This document shows, piece after piece, positions 1 to 7,754 of a stretch of 32,000 bases of DNA. Below the pieces are notes generated by a model. That model worked only from the letters and a program-made list of their open reading frames with translations. It did no database searches and was not told the origin of the DNA. The DNA is taken from assembly GCF_029504745.1 (NCBI RefSeq), contig NZ_JAQFIQ010000008.1, forward strand, positions 30,001-62,000. Direction: 5' to 3'. Numbering within the stretch: the first letter of the stretch is position 1; the number at the start of each line of letters is the position of its first letter. This stretch comes from Breznakia sp. PF5-3 (lineage in GTDB: Bacteria > Bacillota_I > Bacilli_A > Erysipelotrichales > Erysipelotrichaceae). The position numbers and the translations under genes are program-made.

Positions 1-288
1 AATAATAACGGTTGCTGCTAATAAGGCAATATCAGTAAGGGTTGGACTTACAATCGTTTCAATGATATCAGCAGCAATTAAGATTTCTAAACTTAATAAA
101 ATATAAGAAGCCAATTGATTTTTTATCTTTGTTGTTTCAATAAATTCTTGTTTTCGATTGTTTGTAGTAAATCTTGATATAATAAAATCTTTTGCACTAC
201 AAAGCACTCCATAAGTAAGTACAATTACTGAGAAAATATCAATGATTGTTGCTAAGGTATCTAAAACTGGTGCTATTCTATCCATCAT
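1..288 (-). CDS. DUF1622-family small membrane protein; N-terminal 96 codons, 3' end beyond window edge
   Basis: Not in the ORF track because it runs off the window. Reverse-strand ATG at 288 (tandem ATG ATG) follows a GAGGAAG SD (plus-strand cttcctc, 294-300) and the frame stays open to position 1. The translation MMDRIAPVLDTLATIIDIFSVIVLTYGVL...LLSLEILIAADIIETIVSPTLTDIALLAATVII has the TM layout and LE.L.AADII.T motif I associate with DUF1622. Confidence 0.55.
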   Translation of the reverse strand, partial: MMDRIAPVLDTLATIIDIFSVIVLTYGVLCSAKDFIISRFTTNNRKQEFIETTKIKNQLASYILLSLEILIAADIIETIVSPTLTDIALLAATVII

Positions 289-351
289 TTCTACTTCCTC
301 CTTGTACATATATTGTATAACAAAGAAATATTATATGCATTTATAAGGCAT

Positions 352-380
352 ATGAAAACAGACATCCTTTGAGGATGTCT
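352..380 (-). terminator. Intrinsic terminator closing the PTS/aldolase operon
   Basis: AGACATCC (360-367) pairs with GGATGTCT (373-380). On the minus strand the hairpin is followed by GTTTTC; the plus strand also has a T6 run (382-387), so it could act in both directions. Confidence 0.6.
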
Positions 381-385
381 ATTTT

Positions 386-1252
386 TTAACGATATAGTGA
401 CGCTTTATCTGTGGCATTAAATAAGTCTATTTTATTTCCAACAACACAACGACACGCTTTTATACTCTCTGGATAAATTTCTAAAGGTTCTCTATATCCA
501 GGATTGGCATTTAATACTTCTCTACATTTTTCATAGAATGCTACTTTAATATCACTTGATATATTAATTTTTGATATTCCAATTTTTACTGCTTCTGCAA
601 TTTCTTCATCTTTGTTTGAAGAACCACCATGAAGTACTAATGGAATCTCAACTTTATCTTTTATCTTTTGTAAGATATCTAAGCGTAATTCTGGTTTCAT
701 ATCTTTTGGATAAATACCATGAGCCGTACCAATTGCAACAGCAAGGGTGTCAACGCCTGTCTTTTCCACAAAATCTACAGCTTGTTCTGGATCTGTATAA
801 ATTACATCCTTTGTTCCGCCTTCAATTGAGTTTCCAGTTACTCCGATTGTTCCTAATTCTGCTTCAACAGAAACATTTTTAGGATGCGCAAGGGCAACTA
901 CTTGTTTTGTAATTTCCACATTTGCATCATAAGGCATTTTTGAAGCATCAATCATTACAGATGTAAAGCCAGCCTGAATTGCTCTTTTCACAATATCAAT
1001 ATTATCGCCATGATCCAAATGAATCACAACGGGAATACTTGCTTTCTTTGCTTCATAAATCATACTTTCAATTAAGCTTTCTTCCACAAACTTTAATTCA
1101 TCTGGTGACAATTCTAATATTACTGGTGCATTTTTTGCGATTGACTCTTGCATAACTGCTTTCAATAATTGATCACTTCCAATATTAAATGCAGGAACAG
1201 CAAAGCCATTTTTATTTGCTACTTCTAATAAATCTTTCATATTCATTAACAT
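386..1252 (-). CDS. Class II ketose-bisphosphate aldolase (FbaA/GatY/KbaY/IolJ family), copy 2
   Basis: 288 aa. Has the family metal and catalytic motifs VIHLDHGDN, GTAHGIY and LVLHGGSS. An AGAAGGA SD lies 8 nt before the ATG at 1252. Confidence 0.9.
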   Translation of the reverse strand: MLMNMKDLLEVANKNGFAVPAFNIGSDQLLKAVMQESIAKNAPVILELSPDELKFVEESLIESMIYEAKKASIPVVIHLDHGDNIDIVKRAIQAGFTSVMIDASKMPYDANVEITKQVVALAHPKNVSVEAELGTIGVTGNSIEGGTKDVIYTDPEQAVDFVEKTGVDTLAVAIGTAHGIYPKDMKPELRLDILQKIKDKVEIPLVLHGGSSNKDEEIAEAVKIGISKINISSDIKVAFYEKCREVLNANPGYREPLEIYPESIKACRCVVGNKIDLFNATDKASLYR

Positions 1253-1269
1253 AGTTCATATCCTTCTTT

Positions 1270-2124
1270 CTATAATGATTTTCCACTTGATTTTGATAAT
1301 TGAATATAATGTCTCACAAGTTGTTGACTATCTTTTTCTACCTGATGCATCATAACCCAATAATTGATATCTGGATCTTTTTCTAAATGCTTTTTTATAC
1401 TTGCTACATTGGCATTCATAAAATCACAACCAACATTGATTTTATTAATCCCATATGCAACACATTGTTTTATATTTTCATCACCTGAACCTGAACCACC
1501 ATGTAATACGAGTGGCATCTTTGTTGCTTCTTTTATTTCTTTTAAGCGATTAAAGTCAAATTCTGGTACATATCCTTCTGGATAATTTCCGTGTGATGTT
1601 CCAATGGAAATTGCCAATGCATCAATGCCTGTTTCATAAGCAAAACGCTTTGCTTCTGCTACATCTGTTAGCATTGATTCCTTCGTGAATTTTCCACCTT
1701 CACTACCACCCATACAACCAATTTCTCCTTCTACACTGACATCGTAAGCCTTCGCAAAATCAACAATCTCTTTTGTCATCTTGATATTGCCTTCAAGGTC
1801 AAAACGTGAAGCATCTACCATAACGGAAGAATAGCCATCAACAATTGCTTTTTTCAATAAGCCTATTTCTTCTCCATGGTCAAAGTTTAATGCTACCTCA
1901 ACACTTGCACGCTGTGCCAATTCACGAACGATTGGTGCGATCAATGCACTGTCGCAATGTTCGACCATGTGTTCTTGAACAATGTTTACGATGATTGGTG
2001 CCCGCTCTTGTTGAGCAGCATCAATGACAGCTCTTGCTGTTTCAATATTAAAGCAATTGATTGCCATAACTGCATAATTTTCTTTGTTTGCTCTTTCAAG
2101 CATTCCTTTCATTGAAACATACAT
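1270..2124 (-). CDS. Class II ketose-bisphosphate aldolase (FbaA/GatY/KbaY/IolJ family), copy 1
   Basis: 284 aa. Motifs NFDHGEE, GTSHGNY and LVLHGGSG. A GGGAG SD lies 7 nt before the ATG. It is a paralogue of the gene immediately downstream. Confidence 0.9.
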   Translation of the reverse strand: MYVSMKGMLERANKENYAVMAINCFNIETARAVIDAAQQERAPIIVNIVQEHMVEHCDSALIAPIVRELAQRASVEVALNFDHGEEIGLLKKAIVDGYSSVMVDASRFDLEGNIKMTKEIVDFAKAYDVSVEGEIGCMGGSEGGKFTKESMLTDVAEAKRFAYETGIDALAISIGTSHGNYPEGYVPEFDFNRLKEIKEATKMPLVLHGGSGSGDENIKQCVAYGINKINVGCDFMNANVASIKKHLEKDPDINYWVMMHQVEKDSQQLVRHYIQLSKSSGKSL

Positions 2125-2137
2125 AATTTTTCTCCCA

Positions 2138-3208
2138 CTAGCCTGTAATTACTACGTCTGATAAATCTACTTCTTCTTCCTCTTCTTCAATAACTACTTG
2201 CTCTACAGCTTCTTTTTTTGTAATTACTAAGATTATTGCTGTAAGCAATGTTCCTGCTCCTAAGGCAATTAAGAAACCAATTGGATTTTCCATTGCTGGT
2301 ACGATAAACATTCCCCCACTTGGAACTGGTGAACCAACTCCTAATGTCATGATCAATGCTCCTCCTAATGCTCCACCAGCTGTACAAGCACCAATTACTC
2401 TAAGCGGATCATTTGCTGCAATTGGAATAACTCCTTCAGTAATCATACAAACTCCCATTGGGAAAGCAATTTTAATATTATCTGCTTCTTGCTTCGTATA
2501 TTTTTTACGATTTATAATCCATGCTAATGTAACTCCGAATGGAGGAATCATTGATGCACATATCTTACATGCTTCAGGTCCATAGATTCCTTCTAATAAT
2601 AATCCATCTGCAAATAAAGAAGCTACTTTGTTTACTGGACCTCCAAAATCAAAGGCTGCCATACCACCCATAACAGCACCAAAGATAAAGCTTGATCCAC
2701 CTTGTAATCCTTGTAATGTTTCTGTTAACCAATCTGATAACCAAACAATTGGTACTCCTAATACGAAGAACATCAACAATCCAATGATTGTCGTTGATAC
2801 CATAGGTAAGATCATCATTGGCATTAAACCTTCTGCCCATTTTGGTACTTTAATTGTATTTTTCATCCAGTTTAAGAAGAACCCTATTAGATATCCTCCT
2901 AACATTCCCCCTAAGAATCCTGCTCCAATCGAATTTGCAATAAGTCCCATAAATAACCCTGGTGCAATTCCTGGTCGATCGGCGATTGAATATGCTATTC
3001 CCGCTGCCATTACAGGAGCGATTAATCCCATTCCTAATACACCTAATGATACAAGTGCATCTGGTACACTGTATGCAGCTTTATAATCACTAATTACTTG
3101 TCCATCTGTAAGATTTCCAATAGCAATTAAAAGCCCTGCTGTTACAACAAGTGGCAACATATATGATATTGCCGTAAGTGCATGTTTTTTCAATTGTAAG
3201 TTTTTCAT
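2138..3208 (-). CDS. PTS fructose-family EIIC permease component
   Basis: 356 aa polytopic membrane protein, glycine-rich, with the typical EIIC(Fru) layout and an acidic C-terminal tail. GAGAGGAAAG SD. Sits in an operon with EIIB and EIIA. Confidence 0.85.
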   Translation of the reverse strand: MKNLQLKKHALTAISYMLPLVVTAGLLIAIGNLTDGQVISDYKAAYSVPDALVSLGVLGMGLIAPVMAAGIAYSIADRPGIAPGLFMGLIANSIGAGFLGGMLGGYLIGFFLNWMKNTIKVPKWAEGLMPMMILPMVSTTIIGLLMFFVLGVPIVWLSDWLTETLQGLQGGSSFIFGAVMGGMAAFDFGGPVNKVASLFADGLLLEGIYGPEACKICASMIPPFGVTLAWIINRKKYTKQEADNIKIAFPMGVCMITEGVIPIAANDPLRVIGACTAGGALGGALIMTLGVGSPVPSGGMFIVPAMENPIGFLIALGAGTLLTAIILVITKKEAVEQVVIEEEEEEVDLSDVVITG

Positions 3209-3222
3209 TTTACTTTCCTCTC

Positions 3223-3534
3223 TTATAAACCTAGTTCCTTTTGAATTTTTGTAAGTAACGCTTTTGGTGATTTAATCACAATATGAGTAGGTACTTCAAC
3301 AACCTTTTTCCCAGCAAAACGTTCCTTTCCTCCTACTTTGATATCCGCAGCGATGATAACTACATCCGCTTGTTCGATATCTTCTTTTGTCAGTTCATCT
3401 TCTGTACCGATTGTCCCTTGTGTTTCAACATGTACATCATGACCCAATGCTTCTGCCGCACGCATCAGTTTTTCTTTTGCAATATATGTATGCGCAATTC
3501 CTGATGTACAAGCTGCAATCCCAACGATTTTCAT
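3223..3534 (-). CDS. PTS fructose-family EIIB component
   Basis: 103 aa. The N-terminal MKIVGIAACTSGIAHTYIA carries the phospho-cysteine loop of EIIB(Fru). AAGGAGGA SD. Confidence 0.9.
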   Translation of the reverse strand: MKIVGIAACTSGIAHTYIAKEKLMRAAEALGHDVHVETQGTIGTEDELTKEDIEQADVVIIAADIKVGGKERFAGKKVVEVPTHIVIKSPKALLTKIQKELGL

Positions 3535-3608
3535 ATTTGTCCTCCTTAAACTCTTAACACGTCTTAATTTATCACTTATTTTTTTCTTCTAAAAACATGT
3601 TCAGTAAT

Positions 3609-3625
3609 TTTAATCTGGTAATTTT
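3609..3625. promoter_or_regulatory. Third copy of a 17-nt motif (TTTAATCTGGTAATTTT); candidate regulator-binding half-site upstream of EIIB
   Basis: 16 of 17 nt identical to 6119-6135. Lies 3 nt beyond the EIIA stop, in the 93-nt EIIA-EIIB spacer, just upstream (minus-strand sense) of a weak TG-n-TAAATT -10-like element. Confidence 0.4.
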
Positions 3626-3627
3626 TT

Positions 3628-4083
3628 TTACACGGCTGTGAAAATTTCCCTTAATTCACTAACTTCCTGCATCTTATTTAATTTTTCTACCGCTTCATCA
3701 TTTCCTAATTTGGTAGCTATTTCTGCTAGTAATTTCATATGGTTTTTCGCATACTCATGATCATTACTAACAGCAAATAAAAAGACTAACTTCACACCTT
3801 TTCCATCCAGTGTTTCCCACTCAATTTCATCATTCAACTTTCCAATTGCAATCCCTACTTGAGTTACAGAATCACTCTTTCCATGAGGAATTGCAATATA
3901 GTTTCCAATCCCCGTTATTCCTTGTGCTTCTCGCTCATAAATATCCTTTATAAAAGCTCCAACATCATTAATATATCCTGCATCATGTAACTTATCTGCT
4001 AATGCCTTAATGGTTTCTTTCTTGTTTTTTGTATTCATTGATAAATCAATAATTCTTTCATCTATTGCATCGATAACCTTCAT
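3628..4083 (-). CDS. PTS EIIA component (fructose/mannitol EIIA-2 type)
   Basis: 151 aa. Contains the phospho-histidine motif YIAIPHGKS. GGAGAAGG SD. The start lies 13 nt after the regulator stop. Confidence 0.9.
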   Translation of the reverse strand: MKVIDAIDERIIDLSMNTKNKKETIKALADKLHDAGYINDVGAFIKDIYEREAQGITGIGNYIAIPHGKSDSVTQVGIAIGKLNDEIEWETLDGKGVKLVFLFAVSNDHEYAKNHMKLLAEIATKLGNDEAVEKLNKMQEVSELREIFTAV

Positions 4084-4096
4084 CTCACGCCTTCTC

Positions 4097-6058
4097 CTAT
4101 CGTATTAAATATCTATATAAATCTAAATTTGTTCGCATATTTTTAAGTTTCTGAAGTTTCTCATTACTTTCTACTAATGAAACATATTCTTTATAAAATG
4201 CTTGTGCTTGTTTGCTTTCTTCTTTGCTTATCATCCGCATCGCTAAAAGAAAAACAATATCGACTTCTTCACGATCCCAAACAATTGGTTTATCTAATAT
4301 TGCAATTGCTACCTTTGGTTCATTCACATAAAATTGATTTCCATGCGGTAATGCTATTCCATTTCCAATTTCAGTTGTTGTTGCTTGTTCTCGATCCAAT
4401 ACACTATTTCCAAACTCTTGTGTAACAAAGCCTTTCTTTGTCATTCTTTTTGACATAATTTTTAATAATTCATCTTTATTCTTACAAGCTAAATTTTTAA
4501 AAATCAAATCAGGATCAAACAATTGATGACAAATTGGATTAAAAATAGTTGTCTCCATATCTGAAGTCAATGATAAATCTTTAATCTTTTTAGCCAAATC
4601 ATGAATCCAATCTTCATTTAGAAATTCGGTTATATATAACATTCTTCGATCTTTTATAGAAAGATCAACTAAGCTTACAATGATTCTATAATCATCATAT
4701 CGTTTAATATCAAAATCATGGGACCCTGTAACTTTTACTTCATTTATTTCAGGATACATCTTTTGAATTTTTTGAATCATAAATTGTGTAGTACTGTTTG
4801 TTTGATTAGAAATAATCAACAATTTATATTGTTGTTCTTTACGATCTAATGCTGCTTGAATATACAAACAAATAAAGCCAAGTTCATCTTCTGTAATCTT
4901 AAAGTTAAAGTATTTTTCAAACAATACACTCGTACTCCACATCTGACGAAAAAGATGTTTGTACTCTTTTTTTATAAAATATATTAATGAATTTGATGAT
5001 GGCTTTCCATATTCCATACGAAAGATTGTAGAACGTAAGTGATTCAATAAACTATTTCTTAAAACACTATCATCTTGTAAATCTGTCGATAAAATTTGCG
5101 AAGCCATATCGATTAATTCATTTGTGAAAGCAATTAACTTTGCATCATATCGTTTTAAAATTTCACGATTTTCAAAATCTACTTCCTCTCCTAAAAATCT
5201 TGAACACAGGATTTGTATGACAAGAAAATGAATTTCTTCTCTTGAAAATTTTAATTTAAAAGCTTTTTCAATTTTTTCAAAAATAGCTTTCGCAAATGTA
5301 TATTCATGATATTGTTCAAGGGTTTTATAATCTTTTGTATCTATTTTAAAAGTACCCTTATTACAACGATGGATAGCCATACAGTAATATACTAGAATTT
5401 CATAAAACGATTCATCGCTAAATTCAAACTTCCATTCGTTTTCAACATCCAGCATAATCTTTTTCACAGCATCAATATGAATTCCTGGTAAGATATCCAT
5501 GATATTTTTTTCAATTGCTTTGGTTTGTGAACTGCGCATGATAATTCGTTTCAACACATTGCGATAATTGGACTCATTGAAAATAATGATGATACCATCA
5601 TTACGGGTATTTTTTAATTTCACATGATGTTCATTCAAATATTTTTCACAATCCTTTAAAATCTTTAAAATGGTTGGCGTACTAAGATATAAATGATTTG
5701 CAAGTTTCATTGTCGTAATAATTTCTTTTTTACGATGTTTAAATATATAACTTAAAACATCATACATCCGTTCATCTTCATCTTGAATTGTTAAGAGTTC
5801 ATCGTTGTTATAAATGATTTGACGGATTCTTCCACGTTGCGCTTCATCTACTTCAAGCCAATTTCCAATCCTAGGTTTTTTTAAAATTATTCCTAGTTGA
5901 TTATCTTCTAGATATTCATTGATTTCACTTATCTTTGTACGTGTTGTCTTTTCCGATATTTTTACCTGTTCAGCAATATCTTTGGTTGTGACGAGTTCAT
6001 TTTCCAATAAACATTCTAAAATTTTCGTGAAGTAATAATTTCGCTTTTCTACTTTCAT
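4097..6058 (-). CDS. PRD-domain transcriptional regulator of the MtlR/LicR/ManR class (HTH, PRD1, PRD2, EIIB-like, EIIA-like domains)
   Basis: N-terminal HTH (VTTKDIAEQVKISEKTTRTKISEINEYL), PRD-like segments (CMAIHRCNKG, EEIHFLVIQ, LLNHLRSTIF) and a C-terminal EIIA(Fru/Mtl) domain (GNGIALPHGN). I moved the start to the ATG at 6058 (MKVEKRNYY), which has an AGGAGGAA SD 3 nt upstream. The ORF-track start at 6094 has no SD. Confidence 0.85.
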   Translation of the reverse strand: MKVEKRNYYFTKILECLLENELVTTKDIAEQVKISEKTTRTKISEINEYLEDNQLGIILKKPRIGNWLEVDEAQRGRIRQIIYNNDELLTIQDEDERMYDVLSYIFKHRKKEIITTMKLANHLYLSTPTILKILKDCEKYLNEHHVKLKNTRNDGIIIIFNESNYRNVLKRIIMRSSQTKAIEKNIMDILPGIHIDAVKKIMLDVENEWKFEFSDESFYEILVYYCMAIHRCNKGTFKIDTKDYKTLEQYHEYTFAKAIFEKIEKAFKLKFSREEIHFLVIQILCSRFLGEEVDFENREILKRYDAKLIAFTNELIDMASQILSTDLQDDSVLRNSLLNHLRSTIFRMEYGKPSSNSLIYFIKKEYKHLFRQMWSTSVLFEKYFNFKITEDELGFICLYIQAALDRKEQQYKLLIISNQTNSTTQFMIQKIQKMYPEINEVKVTGSHDFDIKRYDDYRIIVSLVDLSIKDRRMLYITEFLNEDWIHDLAKKIKDLSLTSDMETTIFNPICHQLFDPDLIFKNLACKNKDELLKIMSKRMTKKGFVTQEFGNSVLDREQATTTEIGNGIALPHGNQFYVNEPKVAIAILDKPIVWDREEVDIVFLLAMRMISKEESKQAQAFYKEYVSLVESNEKLQKLKNMRTNLDLYRYLIR

Positions 6059-6118
6059 ATTTCCTCCTATACTAAACAATACCAACTTTCCCATCTTTTA
6101 AAAAAAACTTTTGGACAC

Positions 6119-6167
6119 TTTAATGTGGTAATTTTATATTAACTTAAATAAAAATTACCACATTAAA
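6119..6167. promoter_or_regulatory. Perfect 17-bp inverted repeat (TTTAATGTGGTAATTTT, N15, AAAATTACCACATTAAA); candidate operator in the divergent regulator/MATE intergenic region
   Basis: 6119-6135 is the exact reverse complement of 6151-6167. No T-run follows on either strand, so it is not a canonical terminator. Confidence 0.5.
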
Positions 6168-6182
6168 CTATAAAAAAAATAC

Positions 6183-6211
6183 TTACACAAATTTTTTTCA
6201 AGTGCTATAAT
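6183..6211 (+). promoter_or_regulatory. Sigma-A-type promoter of the MATE gene
   Basis: TTACAC (6183-6188), 17-nt spacer, TATAAT (6206-6211), with an extended-10 TG at 6203-6204. Confidence 0.55.
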
Positions 6212-6220
6212 CAACTCCTA

Positions 6221-6278
6221 GGCAGTACCATTTATGAGAAGGCCTCTCGTAATGGTGCTGCTTTTTTTAGGAGGTTAA
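6221..6278 (+). promoter_or_regulatory. Leader hairpin plus T7 (intrinsic-terminator-like) with an embedded 14-codon uORF, directly upstream of the MATE SD
   Basis: 6222-6232 pairs with 6251-6261 (11 bp, one G-U), followed by T7 at 6262-6268. The uORF at 6234-6278 encodes MRRPLVMVLLFLGG and its stop lies 2 nt before the MATE ATG. Confidence 0.5.
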
Positions 6279-6280
6279 TT

Positions 6281-7666
6281 ATGAATCATTATTTAGAAAA
6301 AGAGCGAATTGGAAAATTGATGTTGAAATTTTCAATTCCATGTATTATGGCTTTATTAGTATCTTCCCTATACAACATTGTAGATCAAATATTCATTGGT
6401 CAAGGGATTGGGTATTTAGGAAATGGAGCAACGAATGTAGTCTTTCCTATCACGATTATCGCTTTAGCAATTGCTTTGATGATTGGATATGGATGTGCAG
6501 CATTCTTAAGTATTTGTCAGGGGCGAAAGAATAGTGATAAAGCACACATCAGTGTAGGAAATGCAATTATTATCACCATTGGAATCGGCCTTATTGTAAC
6601 AATTTTATTTTTTATTTTTAAAGAACAGCTTTTATCTGCATTTGGAGCTACCAAAAACAATATTGATTATGCTCGTGAATATTATATCTATATTGTTCTT
6701 GGAATTCCTTTTTTCATGTTTGGTAATTTCATGTGCTCAATTATAAGAGCCGATGGAAATCCACGCTATTCCATGATGATTACCTTGCTTGGTGCCATCA
6801 TTAATATCATTTTAGATCCCCTTGCTATTTTTGTTTTTGGATGGGGGATGAAAGGTGCTGCCTTAGCTACTATCAGTGGTCAAATTGTAACTGCTATTTT
6901 GGGTTTCCATTATTTACGTAATGCAAAATCTTTCCATTTAGAAAAAAGGAGTTTTCAATTATCTATTTCAACAATAAAATCCTTTTTACCATTAGGAATG
7001 AGTAGTTTTCTAACACAAGTATCCATTGTTATCATTATGATTGTTATGAATAATACACTAATTACTTTTGGAACACAATCTCCATATGGGGCTGATATTC
7101 CCTTAACTGTGATGGGAATCGTTATGAAAGTATTTCAGATTGTAATATCCATTGTTGTTGGAATTGCAGCTGGATCACAACCTATCATTGGTTATAACTA
7201 TGGAGCTGGTCGCTTTGACCGTGTAAAAGAAATATTTAAAACGATGATGATTGCTCAATTCATTGTTGGATTTATAGCTATGATATTATTTGAAATATTT
7301 CCTAATAACATTATTCAAATATTTGGTAGTGAAAGTGCATTATATAATGAATTCGCTGTTATATCTTTTCGTATTTATCTATCCACAATTATTTTATGTT
7401 GTATTCAAAAATCAATAAGTATCTTCCTTCAATCTTTAGGTAAACCTTTTTTATCTACTGGATTATCCTTATTGAAAGATTTTATTTTAGGTGTTCCTCT
7501 CGTTTTGTTTTTACCAATGAAGTTTGGCTTAACAGGTATTTTATATTCAGCACCAATTGCTGATATCATTTCCTTTCTTGCTGCTATTTTATGTGTTTTG
7601 TATACTTTTAAAAAGATGGATTCTAAAGAAAAACAAAATAGTTATATATTGAATTATGCCAAATAG
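6281..7666 (+). CDS. MATE-family multidrug/toxic-compound efflux transporter
   Basis: 461 aa with about 12 TM segments. The N-terminus LMLKFSIPCIMALLVSSLYNIVDQIFIGQGIG is typical of MATE/NorM-like proteins. AGGAGG SD. Confidence 0.9.
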   Translation: MNHYLEKERIGKLMLKFSIPCIMALLVSSLYNIVDQIFIGQGIGYLGNGATNVVFPITIIALAIALMIGYGCAAFLSICQGRKNSDKAHISVGNAIIITIGIGLIVTILFFIFKEQLLSAFGATKNNIDYAREYYIYIVLGIPFFMFGNFMCSIIRADGNPRYSMMITLLGAIINIILDPLAIFVFGWGMKGAALATISGQIVTAILGFHYLRNAKSFHLEKRSFQLSISTIKSFLPLGMSSFLTQVSIVIIMIVMNNTLITFGTQSPYGADIPLTVMGIVMKVFQIVISIVVGIAAGSQPIIGYNYGAGRFDRVKEIFKTMMIAQFIVGFIAMILFEIFPNNIIQIFGSESALYNEFAVISFRIYLSTIILCCIQKSISIFLQSLGKPFLSTGLSLLKDFILGVPLVLFLPMKFGLTGILYSAPIADIISFLAAILCVLYTFKKMDSKEKQNSYILNYAK

Positions 7667-7697
7667 AACAAATTCAATTCATTCTATTTTTACTTAT

Positions 7698-7730
7698 AAA
7701 GGATATGTTAGAAAGCATATCTTTTTTATT
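7698..7730 (+). terminator. Intrinsic terminator of the MATE gene
   Basis: GATATG (7702-7707) pairs with CATATC (7716-7721), followed by T6. Confidence 0.6.
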
Positions 7731-7754
7731 AAAAAAAGAGGATTTAATCCTCTT
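7731..7754 (-). terminator. Intrinsic terminator of jag; the jag stop codon forms the loop
   Basis: AAGAGGAT (7736-7743), loop TTA (7744-7746, the TAA stop on the minus strand), ATCCTCTT (7747-7754). An A-run at 7731-7737 gives the minus-strand U-tract. Confidence 0.65.

Noticed and set aside
571-3086. Plus-strand ORFs of 63-152 aa (571-882, 1364-1585, 2349-2585, 2628-3086) and minus-strand out-of-frame ORFs (2187-2387, 2649-2840) inside the aldolase and EIIC genes.
   Set aside because: They lie entirely within strongly supported genes and lack SD sequences. Their products are low-complexity, with the Pro/Asn/Ile-rich composition expected from reading Gly/Ala/Ile-rich membrane or aldolase codons in the wrong frame or strand. 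They are shadow ORFs.
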